From positions 77,130,001-77,194,000 of the forward strand of contig NC_087437.1 in assembly GCF_036321535.1 (NCBI RefSeq): a DNA stretch of 64,000 nucleotides, written 5' to 3'. This document shows positions 1 through 11,980 of the stretch, in pieces. This stretch comes from Camelus dromedarius. Lineage: Eukaryota. How positions within the stretch are numbered: the stretch's first letter is position 1; every line of letters begins with the position of its first letter. The translations under genes and the position numbers were made by a program. Under the pieces are notes generated by a model, which worked only from the letters and a program-made list of their open reading frames with translations, had not been told where the DNA came from and searched no databases.

Positions 1-1966
1 AGCATCCGTGTAGTCTGTGAAATTTTTCAGCCAAGCAAATTGCATAATCAAAATGCAACCATTTTTTCTTGCACCCTTTCCTGAGAACCTTTCCAACATT
101 CATGCTGCCAGGGCTCATGCTGCCAGCATTGTCAGTGCACTTTGCTGTAAGAGATTAAAGGTTGGCTACAAATAATTTCCAATGAATAACTCTAATTAGC
201 CACTAAAGTTGGCATGTTTCCTGCTATCTGAAATTAGATCACAGAGTTGGGTTGAGATGAAAAAAGCCCTATTAACTCTCTAGACTTCTAATTCCTATTT
301 GCTGGGGGAAATTACTGTTTTGAACTTTATCTGCCACTATCTGAAGAAGTCTGGAGTCAGCGGTAATAAAAAGATATGTGGAAGTCTGGACTTTCTGTTT
401 GCTTCTACTCCACTATGGGGACTTTCCGAAATAAACTCATAAGAGCAACGGCCCCGGGAAATATGTAAGAAGACAAGAAGAAACTATCTTCAAAAGATGT
501 CAAAACTCAACATTTTGTAGTTGTTCACATATGCATTAGCCACTCTAACAAACAAATCTTTTTTTCATCCAATACTATTAATCAATAGATGTATGGATTT
601 TTCTTGCATCCAGTTTTGAATCCTTTCCATTTTAGGTTTATCTTCTAGTGTGCCCCTGCCCTACAGTCAGGGAACTAGTGCACATGCCACTGTCAGGTGT
701 TTGGGAAGAGCCACTGAATATCTAGTGCCTTTTCAGGGCAGCTCCAAACTGAACCTTTTCAAGGCAGTGTATGTGCCTTGAGTCACTTTATAAATAAGCA
801 AGTGAGGGGCATGCTTTTGTTTTGGACCCCTGTCTGCTGTCATCAGCTGTTGTGTGGCTGATCGGCTGGTAGTTAACACACCAGGTGTTTTGTGTAGCTA
901 GTACCCTCTGGAGCTGCTTCTGGGTATGATTAATCATTCAGCTCCGCTGACGCCAGCGCAATAATCAAAACCATATAAAAAAGGGGATGGGTCCTGGAAA
1001 ATCAGTGCAAGAGTCTTGAAATAGTGAATGCATTGCATTAGAGTAATAAAGTTGCTTCTTTTTAACTGTTGGAATGAATCTGTTTTACTAAAAATCAAAT
1101 ATTCCTTTGACAAAAGTACTTTTAATAATCCACAAATAGCTTTCTGTCCCTTCCTTGGAAGGTGCCTGATAATACATTTTTCCAGAGGGAACATTCAGAA
1201 GTGTACCTACCAAGACTAGTGTCTGGCCAGTGGCTGGCTTTTTAAAGTTAAATAAAGAAGTGGTATTCTTTTTATAAGTGATTTCTCGTGAAGTTTTCCT
1301 TAAAATGTAAAACCTAAAGTGTCAGAAAAATTTACTTTATAAACAATCAAGATTTGGGTTTTAATCCCTTAACAAATTATAAATTACAACAGTGCTTAAA
1401 TAATTGACTATATTTGCCTTCTTTTTTTTGTGTGTACCAGATTTTAAAAAGGATTAGTAGCTATTTGAACCAAAATAGTGCAGTTTCTGTCTAGGTATGG
1501 CTTCATTCTAAACACATTGAATATTTTAAGATATGTATTCATCTAAGGCAGAAAGTTGACAAGTTTTATTCCTATTACACAGAGGAAATTGAGGTACCAA
1601 ATTAAGAGACGGTAATCCAACTTTAGCGATACAGACATACTGGTTCTATTTACTATCCAAATGAAAATATTAATGAGCAGATTGAATATTTCAAAACTGT
1701 CAGCATAGATTACAATGTAGAACTGAATGTCAAGCATATGATATATCCTATGTTTTGTTCCGGACTTTGCAAGAAAGTTTCATCATTAATAATAAAATAA
1801 AAGTTAAAAGGTAAAAAAATAAAGTAAAATAATTTTAAAATAGATACATAATAGGGAAAGTTTCAAGCTGAACTTTCTAACAAATATACATAGAAGACTT
1901 TCAAATGGATATCTTTAGAGTGTTTAAGAAAAATTAAATAATTTGAATTATAACCAGGTGAGAGGG

Positions 1967-2375
1967 TGTATCTGTTAGGATTCTCCAGAAAAACAGACAC
2001 AGTAGTACTTATATAAATTTATATAAATGTATAAAAATATTTATTCTGAGGAGTTGGCTTATGTATTTGTGATGACTGCCAATTCCAGAATCTGTAGGTC
2101 AGGCTGGTAGGCTGGAAACTCTTGGGCAGGACCTAATGATGCTGTCTTGAAGAAGAATTTTTTCTTCAGGGATGCTTCAGTTTTGCTCTCAGGGCCTTTC
2201 AGCTGATTGGATGAGTCCCACCCACGTTACTGAAAGTAATCTCCTTTACTTCGAGTCAATCAGTTGTAGACATTAAACACATTTATAAAATACCTCCACA
2301 CCAACATCTAGAGCAGTGTTTGATTGAATAACTGGGTGCTGCTGCCTCACCAAGTTGACACATAGAAGTTTCACA
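1967..2375 (-). mobile_element. MLT2-family ERVL solo LTR
   Basis: Right end caagttgacacatagaagtttcaca is the reverse complement of the MLT2 start (TGTG..TTATGTGTCAACTTG); left end tgtatctgttaggattctccagaaaaacagac matches the MLT2 3' end; flanks GAGGG (1962-1966) and GACGG (2376-2380) form a 4/5 5-bp TSD. Confidence 0.85.
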
Positions 2376-2699
2376 GACGGAAGAATTTTGCCTCTTCTCC
2401 AGTGTCCAGGAGGGCGCTACACTCCCACAACTCAGGAACATACCTGGAGAAGGAAACTGACTGCATCTGATTTTAATGATTTTCAGCAGAAAATCAGCAG
2501 AATTTAAGAATAAATCTTTTGTTTTAGAAAACTACTCACTATTGTGACGTTGTCCTTTTCACTTACTGAGCACACTGCTCACGCATTCATGGGAACGCAC
2601 GCGTTCTGTAGCTATCAGGGAGTATTAGACTTCTCGCGTGAAGAAAAGAACCCTGTCTCAAAAAGGCAGGGACCATGTCCTCACCCTGTGTTTAGCTCG

Positions 2700-2825
2700 G
2701 TACTCAGAACTGGACTCTCAGGGTTTGTATCCCACTTCTGACACCTCCTAGATATGTGATCTCAGTATCTTTATGTGTGAAGTGGAGACAAGAGTATTCC
2801 TGCCTAAGAGCTTGTGTAGGGCACC
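2700..2825 (+). mobile_element. MIR SINE fragment
   Basis: gggtttgtatcccacttctgacacctcctagatatgtgatct resembles the MIR core (GGGTTCGAATCCCAGCTCTGCCACTTACTAGCTGTGTGACCT); heavily diverged. Confidence 0.5.
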
Positions 2826-3339
2826 TGTCTCAGCAAAAGCTATGGAATTATTAGATAATATTATTTATGGGAGTGCAGGGTACAGCCCTGGAAATTCTTC
2901 AGTTTGTCATCTAGGTACCACTGAAATAAAGCCAAGTATTGTGATTTATATTCCTGAGCCTGGTAAGCTAAGTCTGTGGCACTCAAATTTGGATCTGTGG
3001 GCTAGTGCTGGTCAGAAAACTGTTGGTTACCAATCCTGATGAGATAAGCACATAAATTGTTGTAGCAATTTGACATTTATGTGACATTTTATTGTATTTT
3101 ATGAAACCGGAAACACATAGTAGATTTGTATAAACAGAGCAGGTAAACAAACAAAAACATTAGTCCTTTACCACACCATAAATAACTGAGGTTAAAAAAA
3201 AAAAAAACTGGTCTTAGAAATCCCTATGTATTGAAATTCACTTCCAGATAAAAAATTTAAGCATTAATTTAAGCAAAATTCAATATGTTACCTCCTCTGG
3301 AAAAACTAGTTGTGGTGCCTGTCGTTGGTTTGTGGAGTG

Positions 3340-3492
3340 CCTCCACAGTGCTTTGTAATTGTCTGTGTGTCTGTCTCTAGTTCAAGTGTGGGATCCTGGC
3401 ATGCAGGGCTTCATTTTGTTTCAGTTCCCAGGGACTAAAACAGTGATTGGCACATATCTGGGGCCTAGTAGTCATGTTTTCAATGAATGAAG
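3340..3492 (+). mobile_element. L2 LINE 3' end
   Basis: aaacagtgattggcacata...tcaatgaatgaa resembles the L2 3' terminus. Confidence 0.5.
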
Positions 3493-4599
3493 GCAGAAAT
3501 AAGTGACAAATAAAACTAGTCAAGGATGGAAAATGAAATTAGCTTGTTGTTTTTCTGTCATCGGATAGGTTGAATAAGAAAAGTGCTAGAGATGTCAGTA
3601 GATCTAAGTAGATACTAGATATTAATAGATATTAATTGATTATGGGAAAGAAGCACATTATCCCCTTTAAATGTTATGTATACTATAAAGATCATACTGC
3701 CTTTGAATCTGAGTATAGGTATTTATTGACAGTTTTAATGAGTGTGCTATGCCATGGATGTAGCCTGGAGAAGGAGAAGAAAAGAATGAGATTTTCCTTC
3801 AGGAAAAACATACTCTTTGCAAACTTAAGTGATTGAAAAGGTGCTCTTTGTCTATGAAGAAGTGATGGTTTCTTCCAGAAGACACTAGGAGTCACATTTG
3901 TTGACATTCTGACTAAAACTTTAGAACAGGAGAGTCTGTGTGAATACATAATTCTATCAGCACTGTGATTTGGGGGGTGTATTTAGGTCCTTTTCCCTGA
4001 AACGAAGAGGACAAGGAACATTGTATTAGATCTATGTATGAGGCTTTTAACTGATGTCTGTGGCTCAATAATGCTTTGTTAGGGTGACTTCCTTTCAGGA
4101 AAAACATGGTGTTTTCTTCTGGCATGTAAGGTGACATCTCTTTCCCTGACTTCTAGGAAGAAAAATCTTTCCATAATTGGCTAGTTACCTGACTATCACT
4201 CATGAGTCCCTGATGCCACTTCACATTATTTTCATTGTTCTGTGCTGACATATCACATCAGCTCATCATAAGACACAGACCAGGAGACTGCAAAGAAAGC
4301 CAGTACTTATTGATCTTTCAGGATGAGTAATTTGTATTAATCCTGGAAAGATCAAAATAAGTGTGTTCAACTAAACCTTACTTGGACTCCCAGGAGCAGC
4401 CAAGAATTCTTTCAGATTTCTGGAGTAGAAAGAATATTATTTCCAATAGACACGGGAAAAGTAAATTAGGCAAAAAAAATCCCTAATGGTTATCTTACTA
4501 TAAATTGCCATCTATGATTCTGCAGCATTAAAGGAAGTCATATAAATTTATTGAGGTCTATCTGGATGCTCTTGTGGCATGCCACGATGTCCTAAAGGC

Positions 4600-4826
4600 C
4601 ATCAGCTTTGCAGCCATACAGACCTGGGTTTGAATTCCAGCCCCACGGCTGATGGACTGGGTATGTGACCTTGGGTAAATCATTTATGACTTACACTTTC
4701 CCTCTTCTCAAATAGAAATTATAAAATATATCTTGTAGAATTACTGTGATTATTAAATGCCATTTGAATATAAGATGGCCAGCACTGATTCCAGCATATG
4801 ATAGGTCCTCAACGAATGTTGATTTC
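4600..4826 (+). mobile_element. MIR SINE
   Basis: cagacctgggtttgaattccagccccac...tgtgaccttgggtaaatcattt core and 3' end ctcaacgaatgtt. Confidence 0.8.
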
Positions 4827-5715
4827 CCTTCTTTGTGCTCTCCTGCTGGACCTTGCTTTGAAATAATCTCAGCTTGCTTTCACATCCCAGCCCACTTGTC
4901 CATTTGTTTGTGGCTCAGTGTGAAATGAAATCAAACAAACATGGTGAAATGTATTTTAAGTTTGATATAGTCCTTTTCCCCCTCAAGAGATCTGGTTCTT
5001 CTTTTCAAAGACACTGAACGTTGATACCAGCCACAGCTCAAGAAGGATGGTCAGGTCAATATCAACACTCCCACTTCTTGTCCCCTCCAGATAAGACTGG
5101 CATTCTCAAATTTAATCCCATTTTTTAGATGATTTTTTTTTTTTGCTTTACTTTTCCAAGTGCATTCTTAAAAACAGTAGAGAGAAAGTTTGTTTTTTCA
5201 ATTTTGCTTAATTTCCCTTCCACCCATATACACAGAAAAGGAAAGGTGAAGTCTACATGAAATGCTATGGATGATAATGGTGTATTAGGAACTGTGCTTC
5301 TAGCTCTCCTGCTAAATGTCCATCTTTATCGTTTCACAACATGTTTGTTGGTTTGCTTTTTGTCTGTTGTCTCTTTTCCTAAAGGACTATGAGCTCAATG
5401 GGAAGTCTTCTGTGGTATACAGGGTTGAAAAATGTGTCCTGAGTTCATACAGATTCTTTTTTTTTCTAGATGAACAGAAATATCTGGAGTTTATTTTATG
5501 TAAACTGTAAGAAGCTTTCATGGTGGGTAAAATTAGAGTTTTGCTAATTTGCTCAGTCCTTTGTACTTGAAGATGGCAGCAGTGATGGGAAGCTCTGAAC
5601 CATACACACTTCTTGCTTTGCAGACAACAAGCCTTGTCCATATAGACTGGAAGGAGGCTGAAGTATGTATAATCTTTTGGGACACAGAATTTTTACCCAC
5701 ACAAAGCTACCTTTC

Positions 5716-5731
5716 ATATATATATATATAA
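5716..5731. repeat. (TA)n microsatellite
   Basis: atatatatatatata seen directly. Confidence 0.8.
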
Positions 5732-8334
5732 TCGATCTTCCTCTCTCTCTTTTTCTCTGGCTCAGCTTCCCCTGGTATCATGCTCCAAACAACTAAACAA
5801 ACTCCCCTGAAAATTCTTAAAATTGTGTGAAAACAGTGATAATTTAGACAATAAGAATTATTCCTTACCAAGCACATTGGATGTAGCTGAATATTTACAG
5901 TTAACATTTATTTAAAAATGTGCCTTTTCACATGACCATGCGTAACTCCTTGGAGCTCCATTCTGCAGATATTTAGGATACAATAAGATAAATCATAAAT
6001 TTAAACTTAATTTTTAACAAGAGTCAGCAATTTTTTTTTTCTATGAAAGGTGAATAAGTATATAAGGCTTTGTGGGTCTAGAGGAAAAGCAGAGGCTAGT
6101 GTACAAGCCGTTGTTGAAAAAGAGAAAACACTTTTGCTGCTTCCCCTTCCCCCTGCCCTGTTGCATTTGCTTGGTGGGGACCATCATTGGTGGTGGGACA
6201 TCTTTGGGGCAGCCGCAGTCACCTGGATGTGTTCTGCAGACCGAGAGAGTCCAGCCTGAGGGGAGCGGCCTGTTGGGGAGTGTGAGGAGACAGCTGGAAT
6301 CTGATTGACCCTCTGCCCCAGATCCTGGTATTCTCTTCTCTCTTCCCAGTGAGCTTAGCCATCTCAACTGAGACAGGCGGCCAGAGCAAAGTGGCTCGTT
6401 TACCTGCTGATTCTCCAACTGAGATTCTACCACTTGGCAGATTCTACCATTGACAGCTGCCAACAGCTGAGGTCCCAGAATGTAGGTGGTGACCCAAGAC
6501 AGCAGGAGGCCCAGCCGCAGGCTAGGGAGACAGGCCTGAGACACAGGGGAGGACAGGAGCAGAGGCAGACTCCCAGGCTTGCTCTCCGTAGTTCATAGAG
6601 CTATTTTGTTCAATACGGTTGCCCAAAGGCCACTGTGATCTGTAGGTAAGGACCATGTACCAAGCACACTCCTAAATCAGGAAAAATTTCATTAAGAGGA
6701 TGTACAGTTGAGCTCAGTGCAAAAGAATAAATGACAATTGAAGAAACAGGAAGGAAGAGGCCACTTCAGATAGGTTAAGTGAAGTTATTAAAGGATAACT
6801 TTTTAAAAGGTCAAATTATGAGTCATAAAATATAAAATAGATACATATTAAAGATTTTATTTAACTAATTTTTATCTCATTCATTATTTAGGAAATCCAT
6901 GTGATGTAAAAAACAGTTCATAAGAGTATCAAAGAATATTGAGGAATGCTGAGATAAATTTGCTAATGGTTACAAAACTAGGGTCTTCAGTAGGCTAGAA
7001 ATCAGTTTCATCGCTGTCATCCAAAATTTATTTGCTTTTCTATGAACAGGAATCATTTTCATTTACCATTATCTTGCCACAGATTACCTTGAGTTAGTCA
7101 AAGACAATGAAAGGCACATATCTTTATAAAATCAGATAATCCCAGAGAGTTCCTTTCGATAAATGTTCAAGATTCCATTGTAAAGTACCCAGTGATCATT
7201 TTTCCCATTTCAAATTCTTTTACCTGACAACAGGAACAAAAGTACAATAAAGTGTAATATTTTTGTTTCAGAGACACCTATCTGAATGCCCAGCTCTTTA
7301 TCATTTAAATTTTTTAGAATTACTATGTGTGATGAAATGTTTTTGCCATATTAAACCTAAAAGTCTTAAAACAGCATTCTAATGTTATAATTTCTGGCCC
7401 TTTGATAGGTGTGTAAGGAAACTATTGAGGAATCGAATTTGGTAGAGAGTAATGGGCTTTTCAGTGCTTTTTAAGTTACCTAATGCACATAGTAACCCTC
7501 TCCATTCTATGCACAAGGATAGTGCTACTCACTACTTAAGCTCAAATAAATAAGTACAAAAGAGGAAAAAAACAAAATAAAACAAAAAACAATCACACCT
7601 GGGAACAAGAAAATGTCTTTCACAATGCCCAGGCACTTCAAAGAGAGAAATGGGATCTAGCATGTGATAAATTAAGAAAGTCAGATTTTCTTGGCAAATA
7701 CCAGGTCTTTGCTCTGTTAAAATTGACATAAGACTCAAATCAGGAAATACACTAACAGCATGAGGGCAAAGAAGTAGATAGGGAAAAAAACAACTTGAAC
7801 TTGAAGCATCTGAAGTACTGACCATAGTGGCAGCCGGGGGCCTTTGGGGCTCTAGAGTAATAACATAGCACCTTGTTAGGATACAGCACGGTAAGTGATG
7901 CTCACGGCAGTGACCCAGCATCGTGGTTGAAGGCTCAAACCATGTTAAAAGCGTCTTCACTATGAAGACAATTAAATACAGGATGTATTTTTTAAAGACT
8001 TCTGCCAAAATTTAGTTATGCTTTAAAAATTAAAGTGCTCCGAGAGAATAAAAGATTCTTTAAAACTATTAAAAAGTTGAGGTTTGTTTTTTTTGGGGTT
8101 TTTTTGTTTTTTGTAATTAGAAGAATGCAAGTATGGTAGGGACAGTAATAATAGGGCAGAATGGAATGGAATAATCAGGAAAAATACTTGTAGACTAGGA
8201 AAACCTATGCTATCTCTAATTATTCCACTAAGGAGGTAAATTCCTGCTGCTCAGATGGTTAAGAACAGTTCCAAGGAAGAGAGATCTAACTGACCTGGCT
8301 GCTCATTTTGTGATGCTCAAGTTTCACAGTAGAT

Positions 8335-8585
8335 AATAATAGTAGCTAATATTTATTGTTTCACAGCATGTAAATCACTGTATTAAATGATGTTATCTAG
8401 GTATATTATAATTATCTTACTTAATTCTCAAAATAAGCATATAGGAAAAAATATTATTTGATAGAAGTGGGAATATAAGCTAAGAGAGGTGAAATCAGAA
8501 TTATGAAACTACTGCATGGCAGAGGCAGTCTTTGAACCCAGGTTGTGTGAGTGTGTAACTTGGACCCTGAAGCATTCTGCTACTT
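8335..8585 (-). mobile_element. MIR SINE
   Basis: aataatagtagctaatatttattg (reverse of MIR 3' end) through ggcagaggcagtctttgaacccagg (reverse of MIR core). Confidence 0.75.
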
Positions 8586-8944
8586 TATTTTTTTCTGTTT
8601 AATTCCAAAAATAGCTATTTGGGGTAGGCGGTGTTATCCTGGTTTTATATATAAAGAAACAGGCACAGGACAGCAAAGTAGCTCACCTACACGTGCATTG
8701 CTTGTAAGTGTCAGTGTGCATCCACTAGGTGCCCTTTGCACTCTGACAGGGCACAGTGGACCTGTTTGTGTGTGTCTGCTCTGCTCAGACCCCTCCTAGA
8801 GAAGACTCCCCACCCCTCAGCTGCCGGGGCAGCTGTGAGCAGTTTGCTGCAAACTGGAAAATGCAAATACTGCCTTAAAGACATTCACATTCAATTAAAA
8901 AAAAAAAAACAACCTCACATGCTGTTTTAACAAAGATTGTCTCC

Positions 8945-9295
8945 TGGGCATATTCTGCTCTAGTCTGCCAATTTGTGACCCTGAGAGTGGAAGGTGAAAG
9001 ACCGGTTGGGAGAGAATTTAAGAGACAGACAGAAGCTGACTCACAGAGCATACGTAGCTGGGTTGCTCTAATGGCAGGCAGTTAGAATAAATAGCCATTA
9101 ATTCCCATGGCTCTGGGCCTTGGAGCTGTCTTGAATACTAAAGAACCTTCTGGTTCCAATCACCATTAAAAAGGTATGGCTTAGTTGTTCAGCTTTTCAA
9201 GATTGTATGTATATGTATATCCCATAATAAACCCTCATTACACAGAGTAGCATGCAGTCCCACTCCCTGTATCCCAATGAGCCTAACAAAAACCA
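8945..9295 (+). mobile_element. Possible old ERVL/MaLR-type LTR fragment
   Basis: aataaaccctc followed by ...gagcctaacaaaaac resembles the 3' end of old ERVL/MaLR LTRs; family not assignable. Confidence 0.3.
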
Positions 9296-10238
9296 TCGCA
9301 CTATCATTTGCCGTAATTTCCTTGTGTATTTTTCCAGCTTTGCACTTCAGATTGTGCTTCAGCTGTACTCTGCTGTGCTCTGGTTATGAATGAAACATGA
9401 AAACATCTAATGTAGAAGGAAAAAAATAAAATTAAATTAAAGTCATGGTTGTTCTTTCTACAAACTAATCCAAATAAGATATTCAGTATGAAAATAAATT
9501 TTAAGGTATCAAATTGATTCAATTTATTTAACTTCTGTTTTTGGAGAGAATTCTAATGACCAGTGTTTCAGAGTGCTGTATATCCTTTGAGCACTGGTAA
9601 TGATGATGGTATAAGCTAATGATACTGACTTTTTAACAAGTAAGATCTCATGATGAGGCATTTTTAGAGATGCTTTTGTAAGTAATACATTAGTGTCACA
9701 CTAGAGGTAAAGATAGTTGCTTTTAGAATCCTATAACTAAGAGTGGAAATAAGGGAGAAGATCATTTTTTTTAGCTTGGCTATGATTGGAAAATTGATGG
9801 ATGGTAATGATTCTGCTCTAAATATGATGAGTAACAAGTCTGGGAATCTGGGACGCCAGGGCAGGGCCTGAGAGGCCCTAACACCAGGGACTAGCTCTAG
9901 TCAAAAACTCGGTGTCATGAATTATCCATGAGAAGGCCCAGAATAGGCCTTGACTCTTGACATTCAGTCTTCTTCATCTGCAGCATCAACATCACAGCAT
10001 TCCCAGGAGATGTCTAGAATTCATGATATAATTAACATGGAGGGGGGACTGTGTCTTCTGAATTTTTCAGGTTAATCTCTCAAATTCACATCGTTTCGTT
10101 CGTAGGGACTTCTTCTGAGGCTTCTTGTCACTGCTATCACCACCACTCCTAAATTTTCCAAAAACTGAGAACTGGGACAGTATAGACATCAGTCCTTTTT
10201 CAGTTCTCTGTGACATTGGAGGTGGCTTGTCTCCACTT

Positions 10239-10380
10239 CAGGGCCAGACTGGTGTGAAGTAAGTGAGGTGCCTAGGGTACAGAACATCTGGAGACGCTGC
10301 TCTAAGCTTGCTGCAAGTGCAGGCTGAGCACTCTTACAAAATTGAGAGTGAGCATCTCATAAATTTTGTGACCTAGACTC
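10239..10380. mobile_element. MER91-like hAT-Tip100 MITE (copy 1, palindromic)
   Basis: cagggccagact...gtgaggtgcctagggtacag...tgcaagtgcagg...tgagagtgagcatctcataaattttgtgacctag follows the MER91 layout. Confidence 0.75.
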
Positions 10381-10387
10381 TTCAGTC

Positions 10388-10660
10388 ATAAGGAGGCTTT
10401 TACTCTCAGGCAGGACCTGCTACACAATTTGTAGGACCCAGTGCAAAATGAAAATGTGGGGCATTTGTTAAAAAATTGTTAAGAATTCTAAAGTAGTGAT
10501 AACAAAACACTGAGCCATGTGTAGCTCCCTTTGGAGGTTGTGCACTTCTGCCAGGACCCTGCAGGTGCGGGATTGGCTCTGTGCAAATCTGAGAGCAAGT
10601 GCCTTCTGAAACTTTGTGCCCTGTGTGCCTTACTTGCCTCCCCTGAGGCCCAGCCCAGCC
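10388..10660. mobile_element. MER91-like MITE (copy 2), interrupted by a MER45-like element
   Basis: taaggaggcttttactctcagg on the left resumes as gcaggtgc...ctgagagcaagtgccttctgaaactttgtgccctgtgtgccttacttgcctcccctg on the right. Confidence 0.65.
10411..10561 (-). mobile_element. MER45A-like hAT-Tip100 element
   Basis: caggacctgctacacaatttgtaggacccagtgcaaaatgaaaatgtgggg is the reverse complement of the MER45A end. Confidence 0.8.
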
Positions 10661-10679
10661 TCCTGATTTCATTTACTCA

Positions 10680-11128
10680 TGAAGATGGTTAATTTTTATC
10701 CGTCAGCTTGACTGGGCTAAGGGATGCCTGGATAACTGGTGTAACATTATTTCTTGGTGTGTCTGGGAGGTTGTCTCTGGAAGAGATTAAGGTTTGAATT
10801 GGTAGAATGAGGAAAGAGGACGACTCTTACGCACATGAGTAGTGTCATCCCATCTGCTGAGGGCCTGAATTGAGCAAAAAGGCACAGAAAGCTTTTCTTG
10901 CCCTGAGATGTGGGAGCCCCTGGTTCTCCAGCCTCTGGACTTGGACTGGGACTTACACCCTTGTGTCCCCTGTTTCTCAAGCCTCCAGACTCAGACAGGA
11001 ACTCTGTCAGCTTCCCTGGGCCTCCTGCTTGCCGATGGCAGATGGTGGACTTCTTACCCTCCATAAAATATCATGGTCTCTTTCTGTATATCCTGTTGGT
11101 TCTGATTTTTTGGAGAGCAAATAATACA
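10680..11128 (+). mobile_element. MLT2B-like ERVL solo LTR
   Basis: gatggttaattttt..gtcagcttgactgggctaagggatgcctggataactgg start; ends tcctgttggttctg...taataca. Confidence 0.9.
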
Positions 11129-11191
11129 TTCAACAGCTTCTACTCAAGTCAACAATATTCCAGACGCTATTCTACACACTGAAGATAGAGT

Positions 11192-11351
11192 CAGGCCGGC
11201 TTCAAGTGCAGACGCACAGGTTCCCATACTCAGAAGGCCTTGAAGTGCGTTTACTGCTCTGCTGTCACCATCTTGAAATTCTTAATATTTTAACAAGGGG
11301 TCTTGTATTTTCCTTTTGCACTGGGCCCTACACATTAGGTACGTAGTTCTG
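11192..11351 (+). mobile_element. MER45A-like hAT-Tip100 element
   Basis: caggccggcttca...tgctctgctgtcaccatcttgaaattcttaata...ttttgcactgggccctac...ctg. Confidence 0.85.
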
Positions 11352-11733
11352 AATACTGGAGGAGGAAACAAAACAGTCTTTGTCCTTATCAAGCTTGTGT
11401 CTTGTCTGTGCTTATCTTCTGCTCTTACGAGATGTCCTGGACAGATCTTGGTGTCTTCTTAGAACAGTCAGAAGCTTGTGTCCCAAGGCTCAGTGCTCCC
11501 ACTGTCAAGCATTGTTTTCAGTGGCACACACATTGTGGCACTGTGGCCAGGTCCAGGGGACTTCTGAGCCTCAGTCACAGGCTGATCAGCTTCAGGCCCT
11601 TTCCAGAGTCATCAATTTCTCCTCAAAGTAATTTTATTTCGGGAGCCTCACTGTTCTCTGAGTCTTGTTAAGACTAACCTAGTTCACTGTGAGAGCTACA
11701 GGAGGAAACTGCAGGATAAATGGCTCGGGACTT

Positions 11734-11980
11734 CATGCATTCTCAAAGAGGTGGGGTGGGGTCTGTTTCCCCCCAAGGGGTCAAAAACTGGTTCTTGAGG
11801 GATGAAAAAAATCTCACCCTCTTTTTGTATAATTCACATATATACACAAAGTACAGAAACAGATATACAGTGTACCTGAGGTACTAAAACTCCATGAACA
11901 GGGGCAATAAATAGGAAAAATGATCTAAAAGGGTTCCCTAGGAGAGCAATAATGAAAAAAATGAAGGTTGAGAAACACTG
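11734..11980 (-). mobile_element. MER112-like hAT-Charlie element
   Basis: Termini catgcattctcaa and ggttgagaaacactg; internal ccccccaagggg...ggttcttg...aaacagatatacagt match the recalled MER112. Confidence 0.8.

Noticed and set aside
2009..2026. 18-bp AT palindrome ttatataaatttatataa
   Set aside because: Lies in the (TA)-rich variable tract of the MLT2 LTR; low complexity.
6041..6544. 167-aa minus-strand ORF
   Set aside because: No recognisable domain, non-ATG start, expected by chance in a GC-richer patch.
7888..7896. Consensus splice donor ACG|GTAAGT
   Set aside because: No convincing upstream acceptor or coding frame; isolated donors are common.
7532..8008. 158-aa minus-strand ORF
   Set aside because: Low-complexity hydrophobic ends come from A-runs; no homology recognised.
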